NCBI RefSeq assembly: GCF_963921235.1
Contig: NC_086108.1
Span: forward strand, 88,600,001 to 88,664,000
Direction: 5' to 3'
Source of the DNA: Mobula hypostoma
Lineage: Eukaryota
DNA length: 64,000 bases
Shown here: piece by piece, positions 38,777 through 51,752 of the stretch
Position numbering within the stretch: position 1 is the first letter of the stretch
Layout of the letters: every line of letters begins with the position of its first letter
The notes under the pieces: generated by a model
The model's input: only the letters and a program-made list of their open reading frames with translations
Database searches by the model: none
What the model was told of the DNA's origin: nothing
Made by a program: the position numbers and the translations under genes

Positions 38777-40819
38777 CTATTAACATGTAAAGGCAGAAAA
38801 CAGAAACTTCAATGTGCAGGAAATCAAAATATGTACTGTATATTGTATTTTAATTGCTCCTAGTTACTGTTACAACTTCAATTATGATAATGTCGCAGGT
38901 AGACAGGGAACAGATAAACAGGTAGTATTTAATATGCCAAAAAGCCAAGGTAAGAATATCAGAAATTCTAGTAAACCAAACAATAGAGACATGGCATGCA
39001 TGCTCAGAATTAAAAATAAATGAATAGAAATGTTTTTCTTATAATATTTAACTCACCATTATTACTGGAGGTATAAATAAACAAATTTTCAAATGAAACA
39101 CCTTCCATACATCTTTTTCCTACATGATTGCAAACATTCATGCTAAAGAATCTGGCCAAATCAAACTTACAAAGCTAATAACTGGGAAAATGCATAGCTC
39201 GGGTGGATGATAGTTGGGTTGAGTTGTCCTTTGATCTATGGATTGCTAAGATCAGAGAACACATCAACCCAACTTGCAAAGCTGATGATCTATTTTTTAT
39301 ATTGCAAATAAGAAATAGAAGTAAGAGCAAACTATCCAGCTCCCTGAGATATACCGACATAGGTCATTATCAAATCTGATCCAGTATTTCCCATCTCATT
39401 TCCCTAACATACATAATATACATAAATCTGTCAATCTCAGTCCTCGATGTGAACTGAGAATTCAGAGACATGGCTATGAGTTGAGAACTCAAAGACATAT
39501 CTATGAAAAGTTGCAAAGTTGTATGAGAAGCTATTTCAGGTTACTTTAGCGCTAATCAGCTAACCTTGAATTCTGTGACTTTATCCTCTAGTCTTTAAAC
39601 TTTCCACATATAGAAAACAGCTGACATACATCCTATATAGATAAAATAGCTTTATTTGTCACCTGTACATTAAAACTGTAGTGAAATGCGCCATTTGTGC
39701 CAACGACCAACACAGTTTGAGGATGTGCTATGTGCATCTCACAAGTTTCGCTATTCCTCTCATGCTAACATTGCATGCCCACAACATACTAACCCTTTGG
39801 AATGTGGGAGAAAATTGGAGAATCCAGAGGAAACCCACGTGGTCACGGGCAGAATGTACAAACTCCTTACAGACAGCAGTGAGAACCTTTAAGGCGTGTA
39901 TGCAATGTTGCCTTCTGATGTTTTAATACAAGGTTCTTCCAAAAGTCAGGAAAGAGGCACAACATTTATTGCTTCACAGTATATTTTTAAGTATTGATAG
40001 AAAGTTGAAACACACCGTGATAGAAGCTTGGTAAGCAAAAGGGAGACAAAAGCAAAAAGAACTAAGATGGTGCAGCTCTTTTTATACTACACAGATAAGG
40101 AAAATTCCATTTAAATTAGTAGATAAGAGTCAACCAATGAGGTACCCCCTATTCAAATAATGCAGCACTATAAGAATCCTCCAGAGCTTACCAGAATTAT
40201 ACCAAAATAACAACTAGGGGATACACTGAACAACTACATATTTACACTGTGACAACTATGAAGCATACTAGACAGTTACTTGCATATAAGCATATAAAAT
40301 ACAAGCAGACAATTAATTGTTAAACTGCAAAGAAAATATTGATTAAACAGTCGGATCCAACAATAACGAAATCTATCATACTTGTAAACTCCAACAAGCA
40401 TAGGCCAGACATGATTAGAATAATATCTGTAGTTACCACCACTTTGTACTTCATATCTGAAAAAGCACATTTTAAACTAAACTAAAAAGAATGAAATTAA
40501 AATTTGAGTTTGGAATAGAAAATGAATAAAGTATTCCAGCTTAATGGAAAGCAACCATTTCACACAATTGCTTCACTATCTTCAGAGTTAATGTTTTAGG
40601 TCAAATTTCCACCTGAAACGTTAACATTACTTCTCTTCAGCCAGATGCAGCCTGATCTGCCGAATGATCTCACCATTTGATTTTGCTTTAGATCCACCAG
40701 AACAGTTTTCTTATATTGAGAGATTCTGATTAATCAGGATTTTAATATCAGAATACGGAACAAAACTTAAAAATGCAAATATTTTCTACTTTACATAAAA
40801 TTATGCACCTCAAACTAAC

Positions 40820-40921
40820 CTGATGTGGAACTAAGTGATCAAAGCCCATTGTACTTCCTGAGGCACAGCAAGCCATTGAAATAATGGTTGCACTGGGAAG
40901 AGCATCAAATGCAGAACGGCA
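40820..40921 (-). CDS. AGL: AGL exon
   Basis: AG..GT, 102 nt; [34 protein letters not shown]. Confidence 0.96.
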
Positions 40922-41404
40922 CTGTAAACAAAAGAAAATAAATTTATGCATTATGAAGATTAGTAGACCAGTCTGAATCAAAAGGATATTATTCAGTAAC
41001 TTGTATGCCAATTGTTAATTTGTTGGTTCAAAGAAAATGAAAATATGTTCCAACATAAAAAGCAACATATTATAGTGCACTCCACGTTAGAATAGCGTTT
41101 GATCTCAGTTTCAACTCATATTGCTCAGTAATTTCCCATCAACTTGCATTCCTATTCAAATTTAGATGAGAAACATACCATCTTTGAGAAGGATTTGCAC
41201 TTTCTGAAAAATTTGATAATCACTTTGCCAGACACTTTTAAATATCAAATATCTCTTTAATCAGCAAGTAATTTAAGGCAGGTTTTCCTGATCCGATAAT
41301 TTTCCTAAGAGCATACAGACATGCAGTATGATTTAGAAAATGAAGCTGGAATTTTTGTAATACAAAGGAATTTCTGTGTCACCCAAACAACCTCTTTGAT
41401 AATT

Positions 41405-41778
41405 TATCATCATTATGTGCTGTGGCATATTACTGGGCAATTATGATCTTCCTGTCCCTAACCATGATTGTTCTTGGTACATTTTTCTACAGAAGTGGTT
41501 TGTCATTGCCTTCTCCTGGGCAGAGTCTTTACAAGATGGGTGACCCCAGCCATAATCAACACTCTTCAGAGATTGTCTGCCTGGCTTCAGTGGTTGCATA
41601 ACCAGGACCTGAGACATCCACCAACTGCCCCCTGGCTTCACGTGGCCCTGATCCGAGTGGGGGGGGCGGGGGGGGGGGAGTAAGCAGATGTTACACCTTG
41701 CCCAAGGGTCACCTGCAGGCTAGCAGAGGGAAGGAGCTTCTTACACCTCTTTTAGTAGAGATATATCTCCACCTGCCA
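41405..41778 (-). mobile_element. RTE-related short retroposon
   Basis: Minus-strand 3' motif AGAAGGCAATGACAAACCACTTC resembles RTE/BovB-type tails; ends in TGA repeats. Confidence 0.5.
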
Positions 41779-41822
41779 TTTTGTTGAGTAATGATAACAA
41801 AAATAATAATGATATGCTGTAC

Positions 41823-41986
41823 CTGAATCAATGACTCGTTGTCATGAGTAACATCCATAAACAAAGCATGTGCAATTTTTGGTACCAGAGGCCTTACAAG
41901 TAGCTGTGCGAATGATCCAACAGGCACACCACCATAACGGTAAACCAGCCTCCCTTCTTCATGGCTGTCACCTGCACTCATTGCCT
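41823..41986 (-). CDS. AGL: AGL exon carrying the THDNE motif
   Basis: AG..GT, 164 nt; [20 protein letters not shown]...[15 protein letters not shown]. Confidence 0.97.
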
Positions 41987-42139
41987 CTATTAGACAAAAA
42001 CATGAGAAAGTGAGACATATTATATAGCATACTTTAGATCTAGGTTGCTGAGTTGTTCTTTGCATTATATTTTTAAAAATTCATTTAGTTGATTTGAGTG
42101 AGCAGGTTGGGAGAGAGAAGTGAGCAACTTTTGCAAAGA

Positions 42140-43510
42140 CTAGAGGCATATAGTGTATACAGCACAAAAGCAGAACCTTCACCCCAGTTCCTCCATGCTG
42201 ACCAAGATGTCTATCTGAGCTAGTTAGTTCCATTTCTCTGCATTTGGCCCATATCCTTCAAAACCCTTTCTGTCCGTGCACCTGTCCGGATGTTACTTTA
42301 ATGGTATCCACCTTTACAGCTTCCTCTGTCGTACACTAACCACCATCTGTATGAAAAATGTGTCCCTCAGTTTCCCTTTATGTTTGTCCCCTTTCAGCTG
42401 AAACCTCTACTCCGTAAGTTTTGTCTTTCCTACTGCGGGAAAAAGACTGTGACCATCCATGTTATTTACGCTTCTCGTGATTTTATATACTTCTATAAGG
42501 TCACCTCTCAGCTTCCTACATTTCAGGGGGAAAAAAGGTCTCAGCCAATCCAGCTTCTCCTTAAGACTAAGGCCCTCCAATCCCAGTAACACCTTCATGA
42601 ATCTTTTCTATACCCTTTGCAGCTTAGTAACATCCTTTCTATAGCTGGGCAACCAGAACTGAGTAAGATACTCCAAGAGTAATATCACTCACAACTTGTA
42701 TAAACATTGGGATTTCAACTTTGTTCTCAGGGTTCCAAATGCCAATTCACCAATCTTTCTATGTTGCAACTTGCAGGGAACAGTGCATCTGTACCCTGGG
42801 TCTCTCTATTTTACATTACTCTTTAGGACCTAGCATTTCATCGTCCACTGCACCGCCAATTTTAGTGTTATCCACAGACTCTCTGACCATGTTAACAACA
42901 TTATCATTCACATCATTAGTATAGATGAGAAACAATCGTAGACCCAGCACCAGTCTGAGGCACACTACTAATCTGTGTAACAGACCTCTATTACCACTGT
43001 CTCCCTCCTTCCACAAAGCCAATTTTGTTTCCAATAGACTAGTTCACCCTAGATCCCATTTGATCTCACTTAACTTTCCAGGCTAGCCTACCATGTGGGA
43101 CCTTGTCAAAGACTTTGCTAAAGTCGATGTAGGCAACTTCCATTGCCCTGCCCTCCTCAAGCCTCCTTGGCACTGAGGCACAATTTCCTAGCACAAAACA
43201 TCACTAACTATCCCGTAACAATAGACAGATGCTGGAAATCTATCACAATGCACACAGTGAGCTGGAGGAGCTCAGCAGGTCAGGCAGCTTCAATGGATAG
43301 GAATAAACAGTCAACATTTCCGGCCGAGACCCTTCATTCCTTATCAGTTCCTGCTTTTCCAAATGGGGGTAGATCCTGTTCCTCAGCATGCCCTCCAGTA
43401 ACTTTACCACCACTGATATTAGGCTCATTGACCGGTGGTTCCCTGGCTTCTCCTTGTAGCCTTTCTTAAACAAAGGTACAACATTAACCACTATCCGGTC
43501 TTATGGTATT
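42140..43510 (-). mobile_element. Old CR1 fragment with a Penelope-like repeat inserted at 43222-43338
   Basis: VVPLFKKG..PGNHR; LRGDLIEVYKI. Confidence 0.75.
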
Positions 43511-44479
43511 TAAATAATTATTAAATCACATCCTCAATATTGAAACCTCCATTCTGTTTATAGCTGTTGATACTAAAATAAAGGCAGTGGGGTGTAAATG
43601 AATATAATTTTTTTTTCAGGGTGAATAAATCAGATGAGATTTCATAACATTTTTTCCTTCAAACTGCATCTCCCACAGAGCCATCTTAATATACAACCCA
43701 GAACATTGTATTGCTAACTCTAAGTTAATGCGTTACAGCAACTGAAAACCGTCAGCTGAAACAACTGACAGATTAGAACTGCGTAATTCAGATGCATGCT
43801 CACAATTTATGTTGAACTAGTATGCATATTGTGTGCTGGCATCCTATTTTTTTTAACCCACAAACTCTGGAGGAGGTATCAACTGGAACTATAGCTAGTC
43901 AGTTTTTGCAGAATGCTGTAAAGTTGGATTCTGAATTCAATCTGCCAGCCAGTAAGGTGTCAGGGACTTACTCCTGCTGGTAAGTTCCTCCACAATCACA
44001 GTGAAAAAGCACTTGCATATTTTCCATAACTGAGCCAAAGGAGAAGTTTAGTTAGTGGTGGCAATGCATTGAGACACAGGATACTCAGAAGCAATTCAAA
44101 AAGATGCACCAAAGAACATTTTTTTTTAGATTTATATGACACAAAGGTTGCATTAGCATCCAACTAAACTGAGATCAAAAATCCAACTAACCCACTTCAG
44201 TGCAATAATGGCTTCCTTGAGCAATATTTGTTTTTTTTTTAAAATGGCAGATTGTCTCAGCACTAGCTAACTTCTCATTATTTTAATCGCAAGATAGTGA
44301 AATTAATTTGTAAAATTTTCCATAACTCACTCAGCGCCCTGTTTGGGTAGATCCCTTTGCATGCTCATGAGCACTTTTCAGAATTCATTTCCCCCCCAGC
44401 ACTTAAATATTTCAATGGTTGGTCCTCCAGCTTAGTCACCTCAGAATACACGTTAGTTCAACACATACAAAATGCCGTT

Positions 44480-46335
44480 GTGTACATACATCTATTGATG
44501 CTTCTGGACACATCTTCAGTGATGTTCCTGGAATCATCGGGTGTTTCGGGTCTTTCAACATCATACAACCTCCTCCAGGTGACCCAGTCGGGGCAAATCA
44601 GACCCCAGCTTGTGTCCAGATGGCTAGCTACTTATGACTCCATGGCTCCCCTCTTTTGAGCCACAGCCATCTTGAGGCCCTCTCTGCCACATCGGTGGTA
44701 CTGTGGATGGCTCTCCTCTTCTTCTCTCCCTCGATGCCCAAAATGCTGAAGGCTCTAACTAAAGAATGGGCTACGAATCCCCTACAACCAACCTCCACTG
44801 GGAGACACCTCGCTCTCCATCCAGCCTGCTGACAGTTGCTGACCAGTCCTGTCTACTTGGAGAGCTTCCTTTCAAAGGCCTCCTCCAAGCTATCTTCCCA
44901 TGGGACTGCCAGCTCCAGTAGCACCACTTGCTTAGTCGATTCAGACACTAAGACCATGTCTGGTCGCAGGGTGGTGGCTGCGATATGGTTGGGGAACTTC
45001 AGCTGCCCTTCGAGGTCCACCAACAGCTGCCAGTCCCTTGCAGAGGTCAGAATGCCTGCAGATGTTCTTTTGGCAGGTATTGGCTGCTCCCCAGCTCTGA
45101 CAAAGGTAATGGTCTGCTTGGAGGCTTGGGACCACTTCACCCACTCAACTCCTGTGCTGACGGCTTCAGCGATGGTCTTCAGGACCTGATCATGCCTCCA
45201 CCTGTACCATCCCTCACCAAGTGCCCTTGCACAGCCGCTGAGGATGTGCTCCAGGGTTCCTCGCTTGGAGCACAGTGGGCATGCAGATGACTGCCTTACC
45301 CCATGTGTGCAGGTTTGATGGGCTTGGAAGCACATCGTACACTGCCTGGATGAGAAATTGGATGCGGTGTGGTTCGGCTTTCCAAAGATCAGCCCAGGTC
45401 ACTTTCCTCCCAACCGCATTCTCCCATCTTGTCCAAGCTCCCTGTTGCTTCATTCCCACCACCTTGCAGGCTCTCATCTCCTCCACTACTGCTCTCACCT
45501 CCTCCTGAACTAGATGATGCCTTTCCTTCCCTCTGGTGTCCATTTGGGGAGTTGGAAAGGATCCTAGCCCAGCTCGGCCTTGTGTGACCACTCCCACCAG
45601 CCTCCTGTGACGCAACCTCGCCTCTGCCTCCTGAACAGCTTCCTCTGTCCTCCACTTCCTGCCAGTACTTACTTGGATCCCTGCTCTAGCCACCTTTGGG
45701 CAACTTGAGTCCCTATACTGCAGCACTTCTCTGGCTCTTGTTACCTTGAATTCTTCCTCCAAGGATTTGAAGGGCAGTTGCAGTTTGTTGAGGTGTCCAT
45801 AGAGTGCGATGCTGCTCAGGCTCTTTGGCAGCCCCAGCCATCTCCTGAGGTGGTTGCTAACCCTCCTCTCTAAGGTTTTGACTGTTGAGATCGGAACCGC
45901 ATAGATGAGGAGGGGCCACAGGATTCTGGGAAGAATGCGATGCTGATACAGCCAGGCTTTAAACTTCCCAGGTAGGCCAGACTTGTCCACAGATTTCAGC
46001 CAGCCATCCAACTTGGTGCAGGTTGCCTGAATGGATGTTGTGTCCCTTAAAGAGCTGTCAAAAACTTTGCCTAAGCTCTTGACTGGCTTTTCTGTGATGG
46101 TTGGGATGGCTGTGCCTGCGATGCTGAACCAGAATTTGTTCTCCACCTTCCCTTTCCTCAGCACCATTGATCTTGATTTGGTGGGTTTGAAACGTATCCG
46201 GGCCCACTCCACCAGCTTTTCGAGCCCTTGCAGAATCCTCTGGCAGCCTGGGACTGATTCTGTGGTGACTGTGAGGTCATCCATGAATGCCCTGATAGGT
46301 GGTTGCCATTGAGCGGAATTCATTCTGGGCCCTCT
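44480..46335 (-). mobile_element. Non-LTR retrotransposon with C-terminal restriction-like endonuclease (Hero-like, R2 group), 5'-truncated
   Basis: RT motif AFMDD in ORF 45214-46323; CCHC knuckle CPLCSKRGTLEHILSGC; RPD..ELAVPWE; C-terminus AERASRWLWLKR with stop at 44628-44630; short 3' UTR. Confidence 0.85.
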
Positions 46336-47221
46336 AGACCTCCATCAGAATGAAAGGTCATCCTGATGAAACATGAACCGTTTATTCTCCTCCATAGGTG
46401 CTGCCTGACTGGCTGAGTTCCTCCAGCATTTTGTAGGTGTTGCCCCAAGATTTCCAGTATCTGCAGAATCTCTCCAGTTCTGTGGGTTTTGAGGTGACTA
46501 TTGAGGGCAATGTGGCAACTGCAGACTCTGCCTTAGGTGAAGCAGAATTTGCCCGTTGACGCAGCTTAATGGGTAGGATATCAGGCAATGTGCTGCTTAT
46601 GCTATTTTCACAGTGCTCTCATATGTCCAAATCAAGGTGCAATCCAAACTGCTTTTGTCCATCTATCATCTTCCTCAAATACAATTATGTAATCATATTC
46701 ATCAAAGGTTAAGGGGAGAAGGCCGGGAACTGGGGTTGAGGAGGAGAAATAAAAAGGATCAGCCATGATTGAATGGCGGAGCAGACTTGATGGGCCAGAT
46801 GGCCTAATTCTGCTCTGATGTCTTATGGTCCTGTTCCTCCTTTCTTCCTACACTTCCACCCAAACCATTTTGTTATCTATTCTATATATCACCCCTTACC
46901 CCACTTTGGTTTGACTATACTCCTACACTCTGATTAGGATCACCCACTTGTTCTCGACCCTATGTGCAAAATGTCATGAACACATGAGACTCTGCATATG
47001 CTGGGAATCTTGACTAACACACACAAAATACTAGATGCTGTCCGACTTGTTGAGCTCCTCCAGCATTTTGCGTGCAGCACGTCATAACTGATCGCATACA
47101 AAAACCAATATGTTGATATGCAGCTTAATCCAAACATTAAACAAAATATTCAGAAATAGTTAACAGGTGGTTGTGTATAGTAGTACTATTATTCTTACCC
47201 ACCTTGGTTAATTTTTAATTT

Positions 47222-47450
47222 AGAGATACAGCGCAGGAAGGTCAGATAAACCTGTGCCACCCAATTACACCCTTGTGGGCAATTAACCTACTAACCCTTA
47301 CATCTTTGGAATGTGAGAAGAAACCAGAGCACCCGTAGAAAATCCACACGGTCACCGGGAGAACATTCAGACTCCTTACAGGCAGTGGTGAGAATTGAAC
47401 CCAGGCCACTGTTGCTGTAAGAGTGTTATGCTAACTTCTACACTATCGTG
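47222..47450 (-). mobile_element. V-SINE (HE1-like); other copies at ~32641-32900(+), 34459-34685(+), 39790-39885(-), 51905-52100(-), 62058-62312(-)
   Basis: B-box-like GGTTCAATTC and V-domain GGAGT..TGTTCTCCC..GTGA..GGGTGCTC..TTCCAAAGA. Confidence 0.75.
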
Positions 47451-47454
47451 AACA

Positions 47455-47995
47455 GAAAATCCTACAAAAAGTAGCGGATATGGCCCAGTCCATCACAGGT
47501 AAAGCCTTCCCCACCATTGAGCACATCTACATAAAACGCTGTCACAGGAAAGCAGCTTCTATCATCAGGGACGCCACCCCCCCCCCCGCCCCACTACCCA
47601 GGACATGCCCTCTTCTCACTGCTGCCATCAGGACGAAGGTACAAAAGCCACAGGACTCACCCCCAGGTTCAGGAACAGTTTTAACCCCTCAACTGTCAGG
47701 CCCCTGAACCAAAGAGGACAACTTCACTCGCCCCACCACAACCTATGGACTTACTTTCAAGGACTCTTCATCGCATGTTCTCGATATTTATTGCTTATTT
47801 ATTATTTAATTTTTGTATTTGTATAGTTTGTTGTACAGTTTGCAGTGACTGAACACCCAATTTGGTGTGACCTTTCAATGATTCTGTTATGGTTATTATT
47901 CAATAGCTTTATCGAGCATGCCTGCAAGAAAATGATTTGCAGGGTTGTACATGGTGACATATCTGTACTTTGATAATAATTTTAAACTTTGAACC
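47455..47995 (+). mobile_element. Rex1/Babar 3' end
   Basis: AQSITGKAFPTIEHIY..RCHRKAASII; similar to 50330-50560. Confidence 0.75.
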
Positions 47996-48111
47996 ATGCC
48001 ACCCTATGATTCTGTTAGCAATAATATTTTTCATACCAAATGCACAACACAATTCAGACATACTACACTAGCTATAGTAGAATAATGTGCTGATAAAGCC
48101 AACATGCTTAC

Positions 48112-48235
48112 CTCGTATTAAAGAGCTTATGCCCAATCTGGTCACAAAGACATTATCCATCTCTTCACTTCCAGTGAACAATTCTGCCACGACATACAAA
48201 TTAGGTCTCAGTCTTCTAGCAGTGTCCAGCATGTA
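48112..48235 (-). CDS. AGL: AGL exon carrying the acid/base motif
   Basis: AG..GT, 124 nt; [41 protein letters not shown]. Confidence 0.98.
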
Positions 48236-49434
48236 CTGCAATAAAATAAACAAGAACCAAGAAAGAGAGATAAAATAGGAAAGTAGACAAAAAATATCTA
48301 CTGGGCAAAAAGCGAGATCAAAATGAAGTAATGCAAGGAAACAAAATACTTAGCAAAATAGAAAATAAGTGATTTTTTTTGCCAAGTTAGTGAGTTGTTG
48401 GAAGAAAAATACAAAATAAAAATCAATGTATTAGGTTTAGCAGATTCAATTAATAAACATGATTAAATAATTCCCACCATATGAAAGTAGAATTTGCATG
48501 TCAGAAAATTGATGGAAAAAGAATTCCAGTATGTATTCTTTAAAAGGTATTCAATACTTCCTTAACTCACATTTACGTACAAAGAAACAATAAATCCCAG
48601 ATAATTGGCAAGGATTATATCTCTGTTTCTGTAGAGTATGTGTTTGTCCAAGTAATTAAGTCAATATTTCTGGCAGATAGTAACTTATTTGCAAAAACAT
48701 ATTTTTAAATATATTCTAAAATTAAAGCATGGTGTCATTGGCCAGGATATAAGAAAATGTAAAAGCCTGCATAACTGTAGACTGGTAGCTTTAAAAAAGT
48801 AATGTCACATAATTCATTGCAGTAAAGAATTTCAGTTTAGCCTTTTAATTCGTTATTTAAAGTACTCTTAACATTTAAAAAAAATGCAACAAATTCAATT
48901 CTCTAAAAAGCAATAAATTTGATTAAAATGAAGGCTCAAACCAGGCTGACTTCATTATATTAACTGTCAAGTTGAAAAGAATTGGTTAATAAGCTTCAGA
49001 ACTTCATTTACATGGATAGTAATTAATACACATATTTTTGTTTCCATTTTACCCTCCTTTCCTTCACAAAAACAGCACTTTAAAATGGAATTAAACCGTG
49101 ATTTGAACCTACTGTCCCTTTAAAAGAGATATTCAAAAAAAGTCCCAATTTGCTACATACATAAAACTAAACATAAACTTCAATTAATATTTATAGCAAT
49201 TTTCTATTCCCTGTACTTATCAACTAAATGTTTGTACAACGTAATATGGCAATGCAAATTGGAGCACAACTGTAGCTCTGGTAGAACAATGTTAAAGACT
49301 GTCATTTTACCTGCAAAATAATTCATAAATAGAATATTAATTTCTTTTGAATGAGACACAGATATAAACATTGGATTAATTGAGTAGCACTAGTCAGTTA
49401 GCCAAGGATTCATTACAATTCCTGAAATGGAAAT

Positions 49435-50796
49435 CACTCCATCATCATGAAGTGTTTCGAGAGGCTCGTCATGAGGCACATCAAGACCCTGCTGCTCCCC
49501 TCACTGGACCCCCTGCAGTTCGTGTATCGTCCCAACCGTTCACAAGATGACGCAATTGCCATCACCCTCCACCTGGCCCTAACCCACCTGGACAAAAGAG
49601 ACACATACGTTCGAATGCTGTTCATAGACTTTAGTTCAGCATTCAACACAATCATTCCTCAGAAACTGATTGGAAAGCTGGGCCGACTGGGCCTGAACAC
49701 CTCCCTCTGCAACTGGATCCTAGACTTCTTGACTGGGAGACCCCAGTCAGTCTGGATTAGAAGCAGCATCTCCAACACCATCACACTGAAGATGGCCCCC
49801 CCCCCCCGCCACCCCAGGGCTGTGTGCTCAGTCCACTGTTGTTCACTCTGCTGACCCACGACTGTGCTGCAACACACAGCTCGAACCACATCAACAAGTT
49901 TGCCGATGACACAACCATGGTGGGTCTCATCAGCAAGAACAATGAGTCAGCATACAGAGAGGAGGTGCGGCGGCTAATGGACTGGTGCAGAGCGAAAAAC
50001 CTGTCTCTGAATGAGAACAAAAGAGATGGTTGTTGACTTCAGGAGGACACGTTATGATCACTCTCTGCTGAACATCGACAACTCCTCCGTAGACATCATT
50101 AAGAACACCAAATTCACCTGGCGGAGAATCTCACCTGGTCCCTCAACACCAGCTCCATAGCAAAGAAAGCCCAGCAGCGCCTTTACTTTCTGCGAAGCCA
50201 GAGAAAAGTCTATCTCCCACCCCCATCCTCACCATATTCTACAGAGGTTGCATTGAGAGCATCCTGAGCAGCTGCATCACTGCCTAGTTTGGAAATTGCA
50301 CCATCTCGGATCGCAAGACCCTGCAGCGGATAGTGAGGTCAACTGAGAAGATAATCGGGGTCTCTCTTCCCGCCATTACAGACATTTATACCACACGCTG
50401 CATCCGTAAAGCAAACAACATTATGAAGGACCTCCACGCATCCCTCATACAAACTCTTCTCCCTCCTGCCATCTGGCAAAAGGCACCGAAGTATTCGGGC
50501 TCTCATGACCAGACTATGTAACAGTTTCTTCCCCCAAGTCATCAGACTCCTCAATACCCAGAGCCTGGACTGACACCAACCTACTGCCCTCTACTGTGCA
50601 TATTGTCTTGTGCACCTTATGCAGTCCTGGGTAGGTCTGTAGTCTAGTGTATTTTTGTGTTGTTCTAATGTAGTTCAGTGTAGTTTTTGTATTGTTCATG
50701 TAGCACCATGGTCCTGAAAAACGCTGTCTCGTTTTTACTGTGTACTGTACCAGCAGTTATGGTCGAAATGACAATAAAAGTGACTTGACTCGACTC
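49435..50796 (+). mobile_element. Rex1/Babar LINE, 5'-truncated
   Basis: [38 protein letters not shown] followed by a GACTT-like tail. Confidence 0.88.
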
Positions 50797-51564
50797 ATGT
50801 ACTGTATAATTGGCTTAATGTAGTTACTTGGAAGAAGCATCCTTAAAGCAGACCTATCGAACTTTTGGCTACAAAACTATATAAAAACTTCAGCCACAAT
50901 AATCCAAATCTTGACTCCTGGAGACATTTTGCCCATTTGTAAAAGTTTAGCCTTACAAAATTGAGACATGACTTATTTTAGTACCAGTTGCTAATAGAGG
51001 ATAAATCTCTCAAATGGGGTCTAGAATCCAGATTTCTTTAGTTACATGTAAATTAATGTTGGGTCTTTCCTCAAGGCCCTCACCACAAGTGATATGTGCG
51101 CAGTCAAAGACAAAAAGAACCTCCAGAAGCATGCTTCATGGAAATCACAGAAGGCAAATGGATTAGACAAGATGGCACCATGAAGACAATAGTGTTCCAG
51201 CCTTACCAGGATGCTGTTTCCAAGCTCCAAAGACCAGCCTTTGGTACCGGTGTTTGCTCCAACATCTCAAAGATGAGAGAGTTGCCAGTTAAATGGCCAC
51301 TGTAATTTGTCCTGGCCGTAGGAGAATCGAGATTGTAGGGATGTGGAGGTGGTTCCTGTCTGAGTGGGTGGGTATGAATTATGGAAATTATGGATGATGC
51401 ATCAATTTACAAAAGATTTGAGTGAAGATAGGCCCAGCATTTTACAGACAATTGGAAAAAATGTCCCAAATTAAAACTGGAAACATTGTTAAATGTGACC
51501 TTGCAATACATTTCAGAGCATGTTATAAACCATAGTCACAGACAAGAGAATGCTTTATTTGTAC

Positions 51565-51752
51565 CTCAGCAACATGTATTGGTGTTGAATGGCAGTTGTC
51601 TAACCGCACGCCATGGAAGATTTTGGCCGTTATTTCTGTGTACTTCTGCATGTGAGCCCAAAGGTAAGGGCAATCTTCTGGCTTCTTTCCATATCGTAAT
51701 TTAACACTGTCACCCCAACAAATTAATTCTCTTCTTAGGTAGACATTAGAAC
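51565..51752 (-). CDS. AGL: AGL exon carrying the transferase nucleophile motif
   Basis: AG..GT, 188 nt; [21 protein letters not shown]...[16 protein letters not shown]. Confidence 0.98.

Noticed and set aside
41680..41778. HDV-like ribozyme at the 5' end of the RTE-related element
   Set aside because: Hairpins are present (GUGGAGAU/AUCUCUAC), but I could not fit the L3, P1.1 or J4/2 catalytic C pattern by eye.
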